Source of the DNA: Felis catus
Taxonomy: Eukaryota
Assembly (NCBI RefSeq): GCF_018350175.1
Contig: NC_058383.1
Location: 1,364,001 to 1,428,000 of the forward strand
Length of the DNA stretch: 64,000 bases
Reading direction: 5' to 3'
Position 1 is the stretch's first letter; the number at the start of each line of letters is the position of its first letter. The translations under genes were made by a program, and so were the position numbers. This document shows positions 53,260 to 64,000 of this stretch, piece after piece. Below the pieces are notes generated by a model, which was not told where the DNA came from, did no database searches, and was given only the letters and a program-made list of their open reading frames with translations.

Positions 53260-53910
53260 ATTAGACGGTTCGAGACCAAACAAGCCCCGAAGGCACGGTG
53301 GACAAGGACCCGCAACACCCTGGAACATTCCTGCCCGGCTGGCGGGAACGCAGGACGGTTCGGGGCCCCTGGGAGGCAGGTTCGCGGAGGCTTACAAACA
53401 CACAAACATACACCTACCACGTGACCACGCAGTGCCGTCCCTAGGAGCTCAGCCAGGAGAAATGAGGCTTGGCTCACACAACCGGCACAGGACCGTTGAC
53501 AGAGGCTTTCTGTAGAGTGGAAGCAACCCGAATGTTTCCCCGAGCCCACAAAGTGGTGCCGGGTGGTGATGGGACGCTCCCCTGTGTTCAGAAGGAATAA
53601 ACTGCTTAGCGGTACATGCAGAGCGCCGAGGGATCTCAGAGGCCGGGCGCCGAGTGAGAGAAGCCAAGCACAAAGTCTACACGGCAGGTGACTGCACGCA
53701 TCCGGTGTTCCGCGAAAGGCCGGGTTCCAGGCACAGGAAGCAGATCAGCGGTTGCAGAGCTGGGGGTCAGGGGCAGCTCTGGCTCCGGGGGGGACGGCGG
53801 GACTTCTGTGTCTTGACCGCGGCCGCGCTTTCGTGACTGCATTTGTCTGCGCGCGTGAAACCGTGCCTCGAGAGGGGACTTCGGGGGCTGCACGTAAAAA
53901 AGAGTGAGTA
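53260..53910 (+). mobile_element. Ancient L1M 3' fragment, GC-shifted
   Basis: GGCTGGCGGGAACGCAGGACGG...TGGAAGCAACCCGAATGT...TACATGCA...GAGTGAGAGAAGCCAAGCACAAA...GAAGCAGATCAGCGGTTGC parallels L1M 3' consensus landmarks. Confidence 0.6.
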
Positions 53911-54119
53911 AATAATCGGGGCAGACAGACGCCACCCCCGGCCGGCAGCGCTGATGGGGAATCCCACCTCGGGCCCAGGGCAGGCTCCCGTTTGGAGAAC
54001 TTAGAGCTCTGGTGCACTGGGCTCCCGCGCACGCCCGCACTGCTGTGTCCCGCCCAGGTAGTGCCACCCACACAGCTCTGGTGTCCACCTCCTTGTGCTC
54101 TGAAAGTGCTGTCGTCACC

Positions 54120-55205
54120 CGCCCGTCTGTCCATCTGTCCACCCATGTGCCCACCTGTCTCTCCATCTCCTCACCCGTCCATCTGTCCACCTGTCCATCT
54201 GTCCACTCGTCGAACCATCTTCCCAGTTGTTCACCTGTCCACCTGTCCATCTGTCCGCTCATCGGTCCATCTGACCACCTGTCCATCCATCTGTCTGCCT
54301 GTCCACCTGTCCATGCGTCTGTCCACCCATCTGTCCATCGGTCTGCCTGTCCATCCATCCATTCGTCTGCCTGTCCACCCATCCGTGTGTCTGTCCACCT
54401 GTCCACCCGTCTGTTTGTTCGCCTATCTGTTCATCTGCCCACCTGTCCATTTGTCTGTCCATCTGCCCACCCATCCATCCACCTGTTCATCCATCTGTCC
54501 ATCTGCCCACCCGTCTGTCCGTCCACCAATCCACCCATCTGCCCACCCATCTGTCTATCTGTCCACCCATCTGCCCACCCATCTGTCCATCTCCTCATCC
54601 ATCCATCTGTCCACCTGTCCATCTGTCTACTCATCCATCCATCTGCCCAGTTGTTCACCTGTCCACCCATTCGTCTATCTCCTCACCTGTCCACCTGTCC
54701 ACCTGTCCGCTCATCGGTCCATCTGACCACCTGTCCATCCATCTGTCTGCCTGTCCACCCATCTGCCCACCCGTCTGTCCATCTCCTCACCCATCCATCT
54801 GTCCACTTGTCCATATGTCCACTTGTCCATCCATCTGCCCAGTTGTTCACCTGTCCACCTGTCCATCTGTCCGCTCATCGGTCCATCTGACCACCTGTCC
54901 ATCCATCTGTCTGCCTGTCCACCTGTCCATGCGTCTGTCCACCCATCTGTCCATCGGTCTGCCTGTCCATCCATCCATTCGTCTGCCTGTCCACCCATCC
55001 GTGTGTCTGTCCACCTGTCCACCCGTCTGTTTGTTTGCCCATCTGTCCATCTGCCCACCTGTCCATTTGTCCATCTGCCCACCCATCCATTCACCTGTTC
55101 ATCCATCTGTCCCTCTGCCCACCTGTCTGTCCATCTGCCCACCCGTCTGTCCATCTGACCACCTGTCCACCCATCCATGCGTCTGTCCACCCCATCCATC
55201 TATCT
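54120..55205. repeat. Complex (CCAT/CTGT/CCAC)n satellite-like tract
   Basis: Tetramer-based degenerate repeat with internal block duplications. Confidence 0.92.
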
Positions 55206-56694
55206 GTGCAGGAGAGACAGGTGTTGTCCTGATGAGCACCTCCTGCTCGGGGCTGGTCGGCGGGCTGTCTGGATGCAGAGACGAGACAGAAAAGGGGCCC
55301 ATAGCTGCAGGTGCAGGAGCGCCAGGTGACACAGGCACGCCGCCACCCCCAAGGACAGGGCAGGTAGTCATTTCGAAGGGGGCTGCGAGGAGGAAGGGGT
55401 CCCTAGGAACGCAGCCGTGGGGGAGGACAGGGTGCGGCGGCCCCAGAGGCCCCGGACACGCAGGGCCCAGCGTGACACTGTCCTGGAGGTCATTCTGGGA
55501 CGGCAGCGGGTGTAGATTGGGTGGGACTTCCCATGTTCACATACGAATGTGCTCTTTGTACTCTTACGCCAGCATTTTTGTTCTTATAGCCGGGAAAGAA
55601 GGTGGGGAAGGATGTGTACTTCCGGCCCTCGTAGCCGGGAAACCTGCGTCCTGTAGACGCACCCGCAGCCCCCGAGTTGAATCCAGCAGGGGGTTTGGGT
55701 CGCTTGTTGGCAGGGAAAGGGCGGGAGGGAGGGCTGCCGCCCTAGACCCCGGGAAGGCCATAGGGGGGAGCCTGTGCTACCGGTTAGCACCTCTAGGGGG
55801 CAGCAGAGGCCACAGAACGCTCTGGCCCGCGGAGCCTGTGTGAGTAGAGGATGTGAGGTCGTCCTGTCCTGTCCTGTCGTCCTCGTCCTCGCTCCCCACG
55901 GGGGATGAGGGGCCCCTGCTTCCTCAGGCGCTTCCCGCCCACGCGCCCTTGATCCTGCCGGGAGCCAGCTCCCTCTCTGTCACTCTGTCTCTGTTCCCGT
56001 CTGGACTTCTTGTTCCCCTTCTCTCTGTCTCTGTCTGCCTCTGTCTCTCTCTCATCTGGATGTCTCTCTTCCCCAGCAGCACAGTCACCTAATAACAAAG
56101 GTCTTGAAGGTGTAATTTATGTCACGGGCACCCACGGAGCCCGTCCTGAGGGCCAGAGCCGGTGCCACCGTGCGGTAAGGGTAGCGAGAGGGCGCAGGCC
56201 CGCTGTGATCCTCCAGGGGGCGTCAGGTGCGCACAGTAAGAGGGTTAAAATTCAGGCCGAACCGTGAGCATCCGAAATCAGGAGCAGGAATCGTAAGCTG
56301 CACTGGACAGTCACGGCCACAATGAAAGAAAGTGGGTGCACGCTGGCCTCTGCGTTCCCCACGGTCACGATTATTGGGCCTCAAGATTAGCCTTGACCTT
56401 CCTGGTAACCACAGGGAAAAGGCATCAGGTACCCAGGTGTGTAGGTGTAGGTTCAGGGGACCCAGCGCCCTACGGGGTCACTTGCTCCCGTTCCCCTTCT
56501 CCGTGCACATCGGTCACGGCCGCCCCCGCCTCGCCAGATCCCCTGCCTGCGGCGTCTCCCCCACGGTCCCCCTCCCCACGGCCCCACCATGCCCTCCGTC
56601 CCCAGAGGACAAGCCCCCGCGGCCCCTCGCCTCCTGCTGCTTTCGCTCTTACCCACCTGTCTTTCTTGGCTCACGGGCCACACACTTTTTTTTT

Positions 56695-59120
56695 GGTAAT
56701 TTTTAATTGTGGTAAAATAAATCTAAAACTTAGCATTTCAACTGCTTCTAAGTGAGCAGCTCAGGGGCACCGAGCGCATTCATGCTGCTGTGCAGCCGCC
56801 CCACCGTCTGTCTCCAGAACGTTACATCTCCCCACACTGAGACTCTGTCCCATTACGCACAGACCCGCACCTGCTCTGCCAGCCCTGACCCACCGTCTCC
56901 TCCGTGTATATGAGTCTGACGAGCCCGGGGCCTCGTGGGAGTGGGTCCCAGCGCGTGTCCTCCCGTGTCCGCGAGTCTGACGACCCGGGACCTCGTGGGA
57001 GTGGGTCCCAGTGTGCGTCCTCCCGTGTCCGCGAGTCTGACGACCCCGGGACCTCGTGGGAATGGGTCCCAGTGTGTGTCCTCCCGTGTCCGTGAGTCTG
57101 ACGACCCCGGGACCTCGTGGGAGTGGGTCCCAGTGCGTGTCCTCCCGTGTCCGTGAGTGTGACGACCCGGGGCCTCGTGGGAGTGGGTCCCAGCGCGTGT
57201 CCTCCCGTGTCCATGAGTCTGACGACCCCGGGACCTCGTGGGAGTGGGTCCCAGTGCGTGTCCTCTCGTGTCCGTGAGTCTGACGACCCCGGGACCTCGT
57301 GGGAGTGGGTCCCAGTGCGCGTCCTCCCGTGTCCGCGAGTCTGACGACCCGGGACCTCGTGGGAGTGGGTCCCAGTGCATGTCCTCCCATGTCCGTGAGT
57401 GTGACGACCCCGGAACCTCGAGGGAGTGGGTCCCAGTGTGTGTCCTCCCGTGTCCGTGAGTGTGACGACCCGGGGCCTCGTGGGAGTGGGTCCCAGTGTG
57501 CGTCCGCCCGTGTCCGCGAGTCTGACGACCCCGGGGCCTCGTGGGAGTGGGTCCCAGTGTGCATCCGCCCGTGTCCGCGAGTCTGACGACCCTGGGACCT
57601 CGTGGGAGTGGGTCCCAGTGTGCGTCCTCCCGTGTCCACGAGTCTGACGACCCCGGGACCTCGTGGGAGTGGGTCCTCCCGTGTCCGTGAGTCTGACGAC
57701 CCCGGGACCTCGTGGGAATGGGTCCCGGTGCACGTCCTCCCATGTCCGCGAGTCTGACGACCCGGGACCTCGAGTGAGTGGGTCCCAGCGCGTGTCCTCT
57801 CGTGTCCGTGAGTCTGACGACCCCGGGACCTCGTGGGAGTGGGTCCCGGTGCACGTCCTCCCGTGTCCGCGAGTCTGACGACCCGGGACCTCGAGTGAGT
57901 GTGTCCCAGTGCGTGTCCTCCCGTGTCTGCGAGTCTGATGACCCGGGGCCTCGTGGGAGTGGGTCCCAGTGTGTGTCCTCCCGTGTCCGTGAGTCTGACG
58001 ACCCCGGGACCTCGAGGGAGTGGGTCCCAGTGCACGTCCTCCCATGTCCGCGAGTCTGACGACCCCGGGACCTCGAGTGAGTGTGTCCCAGTGCGTGTCC
58101 TCCCGTGTCTGCGAGTCTGATGACCCGGGGCCTCGTGGGAGTGGGTCCCAGTGTGTGTCCTCCCGTGTCCGTGAGTCTGACGAGCCCGGGACCTCGTGGG
58201 AGTGGGTCCCGGTGCACGTCCTCCCATGTCCGCGAGTCTGACGACCCGGGACCTCGAGTGAGTGGGTCCCAGTGCGTGTCCTCCTGTGTCCGTGAGTCTG
58301 ACGACCCCGGGACCTCGTGGGAGTGGGTCCCAGTGTGCGTCCTCCCGTGTCCACGAGTCTGACGACCCCGGGACCTCTTGGGAGTGGGTCCTCCCGTGTC
58401 CGTGAGTCTGACGACCCCGGGACCTCGTGGGAGTGTGTCCCAGTGCGTGTCCTCCCGTGTCCGTGAGTCTGACGACCCCGGGACCTCGTGGGAGTGTGTC
58501 CCAGTGCGTGTCCTCCCGTGTCTGCGAGTCTGATGACCCGGGGCCTCGTGGGAGTGGGTCCCAGTGTGTGTCCTCCCGTGTCCGTGAGTCTGACGAGCCC
58601 GGGACCTCGTGGGAGTGGGTCCCGGTGCACGTCCTCCCATGTCCGCGAGTCTGACGACCCGGGACCTCGAGTGAGTGGGTCCCAGTGCGTGTCCTCCTGT
58701 GTCCGTGAGTCTGACGACCCCGGGACCTCGTGGGAGTGGGTCCCAGTGTGCGTCCTCCCGTGTCCACGAGTCTGACGACCCCGGGACCTCTTGGGAGTGG
58801 GTCCTCCCGTGTCCGTGAGTCTGACGACCCCGGGACCTCGTGGGAGTGTGTCCCAGTGCGTGTCCTCCCGTGTCCGTGAGTCTGACGACCCCGGGACCTC
58901 GTGGGAGTGTGTCCCAGTGCGTGTCCTCCCGTGTCCGTGAGTCTGACGACCGGGACCTCGTGGGAGCGGGTCCCAGCGCGTGTCCTCCCGTGTCGGCTTG
59001 TGTCCCTCACCAGTGTCTGCAGGGTCCGCCGATGGTGGAGCAGGTGCCGGAACTTCCTTCGTTTTTAAGGCTGAATCGCGTGCCCAGGTGTGGACGGACC
59101 GCATGTGTACCCACTCCCGG
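56695..59120 (-). mobile_element. L1MB-like 3' fragment whose interior has been tandemly amplified
   Basis: Left flank TTTAATTGTGGTAAAATA...CTCCAGAAC...CTGAGACTCTGTCCCATTA and right flank TTCCTTCGTTTTTAAGGCTGAAT are collinear L1MB landmarks on either side of the VNTR. Confidence 0.7.
56901..58992. repeat. VNTR, 60-61 bp unit, ~35 copies
   Basis: Unit CCGTGTCCGTGAGTCTGACGACCCCGGGACCTCGTGGGAGTGGGTCCCAGTGCGTGTCCTC repeated head to tail. Confidence 0.98.
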
Positions 59121-61482
59121 GGCTCTGGGGGTGCAGCGGTGCCTGGGCCATTCGAAGGCGGGCCGCTCACCTTCCTGGCTCCTGCCTCCCCGTGGAGGGT
59201 CAGAAGAACCTCTCCTGCCCTCTAGTGAGCGGAGGGAGGCAGGGCTGGCAGCAGCCTCTTGCACACTAGGGGACGTCCCCCACTCTGGTTTCCCTCTGCA
59301 GCCCCCCAGGGGCCACGGCCCCCCCGAAAGGCTGCACTCTGGGAGCACGGTGCCCTGGAACCAGAGAAAAGAACACAGGGGTTGGGCTTAAACTCGTTAA
59401 ACCCAATGAACCCTCCCGCCGCACGACCCCAGTCTGTGCCAGGCCTTTTAATCTCGTTCGGCCTCGGGATAATTTGTTTAGCTGTGCTGATCAGTTGAAG
59501 GTTAATTCAATTTGACTTGGGTTATTTATTTGTGCCTGGATTTGCTAAGTGTCGTTGGAGGCACACGAGGTCTTTGTTACGGCGGTGAGATGGCTTCATT
59601 AGGGGTTGGCCACTCCTGCCCGGGGGCCCCCTTGCGCTTCTCCGAACATCCAGGCTCCTTCCTGCCCGGGGAGGGGGTGGCAGCCTGGGGGGCTGGGGGG
59701 AGGGGCCCTGAGCCGAGGGTCTGGAGACCTGGCTCTGGTCTCGGCTCCGATGGTGGCCGCCTGTGGTCAAGTAACCAGTCCCGCGTGAGTTGGGGTGACC
59801 TGTTTTCCTGGACTCGTCACCTCGGGAGAACCCCAGAGGCGCCCACCTCCCCGAGCCACAGACCGGGGGTGGGCTTCGCGAGCTCCGTGAGTGCCCCCGC
59901 CCCACCCGTGACTTGTGCACAGGGACACCGTGGTCACAGGAAGGGTAGGCCGGGTCACCGCCCAGAGCCGGGATCTCTCTCTCTCTCTGGGCGGCTGTGA
60001 GGGATGCCCACCCAGGCTGAGCGGGGCCTGGCGGTTTGTTGTTTCCTGTGCTGGGATCAGACGTCCTGGCAGGTTCCTCCTCTCGGTGCTGGGACCCAGC
60101 CGCCTTGGCTCTGCAGGCCCCAGGGCTGGTACCTGGGGCGGTGAGGGGGGTGGGCAATGGTCCGAGGTCCTCTGTGGCAGGCAGGCAGATGTGCTGTGGA
60201 AGGAAGGGAGAGTTCCGGGTGCAGCTGGAGGGCCCAGGCCACAAAGGTAGTGACTGAGGTAGAGGGGGGACAGGCGAGGCCCCCCCCCCCCGCCCCCAGA
60301 GGCCGCCAGCCGGGCCGGGCGCTGACAGCCAGGACGTGCACTGTCTCTGACGTCGGGGCCCGGAGCAGGCGAGGTGGGGGAGGTCTATCCCTTCCAGAAG
60401 AAAAACCTGACCCAGAGTGGAGGCGTTCCCTGCGGCCTCATTTCCTGAACAAGAACCAGCATGCTGTGTTCTAAGAGCTCAGGGGGTCTCGGGGACAGGC
60501 CGGTCCCTAAGCTGAACAGTGGAGGAAACTGAGTCCCAGGGAGGGGACACGGCACAGTGCACCGGGGCAGAGCGTGGGCCAGACAGGAAGACACTGGTGA
60601 TGACCCAGGAGCCAAGGGCTCTGTGTGCAGACATCACTTGTAAACACCTTGCAGCCGCCCGGGGAGGGGTGGGAACTAGGACCCCTGTGCCCGGGGAGGA
60701 CATAGAGGCTCAGAGAGGTTGGGTGATGTGTCTGAGGTCACACAGCTGCCCTGCTGTGGAGCTATGGGCCCGGCTGAAGCCCATACCTGGAGCCCTGCAC
60801 CTGCCTGTGCTGGGCAAGTGTCAGGACCATTCTGGGGAAGACATGGTGGCGGGAGGTCCCCCCCAAGACACAGGCCCCAAGAGCAGGCTCTGAGCAGCAG
60901 TGCTGTCCTGGGAGGGGACTTCGGGGAACCCCATCGAGGAGGAGCGAGAAAGGGGAGGGGTGAGAGCCATCGAGTGTTTGCCTTCACGCAGTTCCCTCCA
61001 ACTGGGGGGGGGCGGTCCCCCCTCTAGGCTCCCGTGCTGTCCTGCATTTCCATCATCGCTCCCTCAAGGACATTATGTGATCGCTGCCTGGTGACCTGTA
61101 TGTGTCCCCTCCGTCCGTGAGCCCCGCAGGGCAGGCTGTGTTGCTGACTCACCTGAATGTCCCCAGCTCCCAGCATGCTGTGGGTACAGGGGGAGGGTCC
61201 TGCCTTGTCCTGGGTCAGCGCCTTGACCGTCTGTCTCACCCTGTGTTCCCGGCATCCACGCTGCATGACAGGCCATCCCACCAGCCGCTCTGCTGGAGCT
61301 CACGGTGTTGTGGATCGGGATTCGGGCTGGGCTCGGCCGGGACTGTCCACTGGGGTTCCCACGCACGGCCTCTGGGGGTGGCTGGACCTCCTACGTGGCA
61401 GCTCAGGGCTCCCTGAGCCCGTGTCCTGAGAGGCAAGGGGCAGAGGCTGCCCGCGGACATCCTGCTCCCTACTCTTTCTCTG

Positions 61483-61946
61483 TTTTTTTGTTTTTTTGTT
61501 TTAATTTTTTTTTCAACGTTTATTTATTTTTGGGACAGAGAGAGACAAAGCATGAACGGGGGAGGGGCAGAGAGAGAGGGAGACACAGAATCGGAAACAG
61601 GCTCCAGGCTCTGAGCCATCAGCCCAGAGCCCGACGCGGGGCTCGAACTCACGGACCGCGAGATCGTGACCTGGCTGAAGTCAGACGCTTAACCGACTGC
61701 GCCGCCCAGGCGCCCCTGTCTTTTTTTTTTTTTTAATGTTTTTAATGTTTATTTATTTTTTAGAGAGAGAGAGGCAGAACGTGCGTGGGGGAGGGGCAGA
61801 GAGCGAGGGAGACACAGAATCGGAAGCAGGCTTCAGGCTCTGAGTTGTCAGCACAGAGCCCGATGCGGGGCTCGAACTCACGGACTGTGAGATCATGACC
61901 TGAGCCGAAGTCGGACGCTCGACCAACCGAGCCACCCAGGTGACCC
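61483..61946 (-). mobile_element. Two tandem Can-SINEs (about 61483-61716 and 61721-61946)
   Basis: Two complete reverse-oriented copies, each with poly(T), (GA)-rich segment and head. Confidence 0.92.
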
Positions 61947-61949
61947 TCT

Positions 61950-62340
61950 CTCGGTGTTTTCATTGTGGTGAAACACACAGAACGTAATACTTATCGGTTT
62001 AACCATTTTTACACGTACAGTCTCGTGGCGTTAAATACACTCGCGCGTCACCACCGTCTGCACCTGAAAGCTCTCCTTCACCCGCGACAGCGTCTGTCCC
62101 CATCACACACGCCCCGGCCGCTTCCCCACCGTCCGCTCTCTGCGTCTGTGAGCTGACGACTCCAGGGGCCCCACACAAGTGGGGTCCCGCGGTCTGCAGT
62201 GTCCTAGGGCTCATCCACACCGCAGCAGATGTGAGGCTGCGTGATAGTCCACGGTGTTGGCTGGGCCCGGTTTGTTCGTCTGTCCATGGACGCTGGGGTC
62301 ACCTCCACCTTTTGGTTGCTGTGGCCACAGGTCACGAGCC
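61950..62340 (-). mobile_element. L1MB-like 3' fragment
   Basis: ATTGTGGTGAAACACACAGAACGTAA...TTTAACCATTTTTACACGTACAG...GGCGTTAAATACACTC; contains a single copy of the segment related to the VNTR unit. Confidence 0.65.
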
Positions 62341-64000
62341 TGAGTCCCCTGTGCTCACAGGAGCACAGAGGAGCGGGCGTAGGCTTCCTGTCAGCCGGAG
62401 GGCGCCAGGAATCTGCAGCTGCCTTTAATCCACAACAGCACGCTGTGCGGAGAGAGAGGCCGCCTGGACACTTTGGCCACGGAGCCATCAGGCGGCGGCG
62501 GTGGAGACGGCGGGTGGTGGGGGACGGTGGGGGTGCGGGCCCCAGTGGCTGGGGAGTGGCAGAGATCAGGCCAGATCTGGGGGTGGGATGAGGCCAGCGC
62601 CTGGCCGTAGGGCTGCCGAGAAGGAAAAGGAGGGCCCAGAGTCTTCTGGAGAGGGCTGGGGCCTGCGTCCTGGAGGAACAGCGCTGTGGCTTCTGGGAAA
62701 CTCCCCGGGGGCGAATTTCAGAGCAAAGGCGCTACAGGCTGGGTGTGCCACTCTCTTAAGACAGCAGAACAGGGCCGCCCTCCAGGACGCTGAGAGGAAC
62801 CCGAGAGACACCTCCTGTTTGGCTCACGGTCGAGGAGGAGGTGGTGAGGGGGCCAGCCAGCCTTGCTCCTGGTCCCAAGGCAGCTCGAGGTCGTGCCCAC
62901 CAGGGTCAAAGTCGGGAGAGCTTGGGAGGGTGCTGCCGGAGAAGGGCCCTGGGGAGCCCTTGGGGGTTGGCCGGGCTGAGAACCGCCTGGGGCGCGAGTC
63001 GGGGCCGGGGCTCTGCACGTGCTCCAGTGGTTGTGGGCCGGGTCCCCACTGGCGTGGCCAGGCCCACGCGCTCAGCAGCTGCGTCTGGTGCCTGTCCTAG
63101 GGGCTGGCCCTGGCGCTGGGCCCGCTCTCCCGCACACGGGGTCTCTGCCTGTGGAAGGCCAGAGGGGCTCCCTTGGAGGGTCGCCTGGGGGCAGTAGACC
63201 CAAGTACGGAGTGGGTGTGACCCCCCCCGCCCCCCTGCATCCCACTGGCCACAGGGAGACATGGGATGGCGCAGACCACAGGGGAGAGGATGTGGATCCT
63301 ACCTATGGTGGGGACAACCACCATGCCCGCCTTGGAAGGCACTTTGCCACCTGGAGTCCTGGCTGTCCCGTGTGCGGTGGCACCGGGCCACGCGGCCACG
63401 GGGGCGGGATGCTGCCCTCCCTGTGCTGGCCCGCCCCCTCCTGTCCATCCTTGTCCATCAGGACAGGGAGTTGGGGGCGCTGTGCTGGGCGCCGAGAGAC
63501 CACAGAGGCCCCGCCTGGGCAGAGTGGCTGTCGAGTTCGAGAGACAACAGACAAGGAAGCCATGCGTCCACACCCGCGCACAATGGCTGCCGAGCCTGAT
63601 GAGGGGGAGTCAGGGGGGCTGCGTTGGACTGGGGGCCCCGGGGAAGTCTCCGGGCGCTGTAGTGGGAGGGACGCAGGCCACGATATGGGATGGAGGGGGT
63701 GCCGAAGCAGCTTGGGGCCACGGGGGGCGGGGAATGACTGCACAGGGTGGAGACCAGGCCCCGCGTTGAGCCGCTACGTAATGAGCACGTCTGGTGCTCA
63801 CGTGTCCCGGCCTGGCGGGTAGATCAGGACGGGAGGAGGGAGTCAGAGAGGACGGTGTGAACGTAAAGACAGACCCCCTCCCAAGATGATGTCCCCCCCA
63901 CAACTTCACCCCCTCCGTGGGCAGGAAGCGTCTCTGGTGTCCCAGGAGGAACGCGGGGTGGGGGGGGGTCTGGCTCTCCCTGCGTGTTTTCAGCCCATTC

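Noticed and set aside
53636..55843. Repetitive ORFs (MDRWTD.../HLSICP...)
   Set aside because: Typical artefacts of (CCAT/CTGT)n tracts.
56901..58992. CRISPR-like appearance of the regular array
   Set aside because: Mammalian DNA, head-to-tail units with no unique spacers, no cas genes.
56761..59170. Three long minus-strand ORFs (749, 782, 595 aa)
   Set aside because: All three frames are open only because the VNTR unit lacks stops on that strand; peptides are frame-shifting repeats with no domain, splice or codon signal.

Overview
GC-rich, repeat-laden eukaryotic DNA from a carnivore, most likely a felid (Felis-type Can-SINEs), showing the gene order of human 7p22.3. Three intact protein-coding genes can be reconstructed exon by exon with canonical GT-AG boundaries: MAFK (+, 156 aa small Maf bZIP factor), TMEM184A (-, 408 aa, 8 coding exons) and PSMG3 (-, 122 aa proteasome assembly chaperone 3). 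Upstream of MAFK lies a ~5.1 kb degenerate LTR-internal-LTR endogenous retrovirus (minus strand, tRNA-Leu primer binding site) carrying several nested SINEs. There are four tandem repeat arrays and several ancient L1/MIR fragments that appear strongly GC-shifted. I found no convincing novel gene or system, and the long unannotated ORFs are repeat or GC artefacts. The most interesting observations are a 2.1 kb CpG-rich VNTR born from an internal L1M segment, minisatellites made of transcription-factor motifs, a probable RFX-driven alternative MAFK promoter, a Kozak-ATG-bearing candidate upstream exon for TMEM184A, and a bidirectional poly(A) site between MAFK and TMEM184A. Family assignments and comparisons to orthologues are from memory of consensus sequences, not from database searches.
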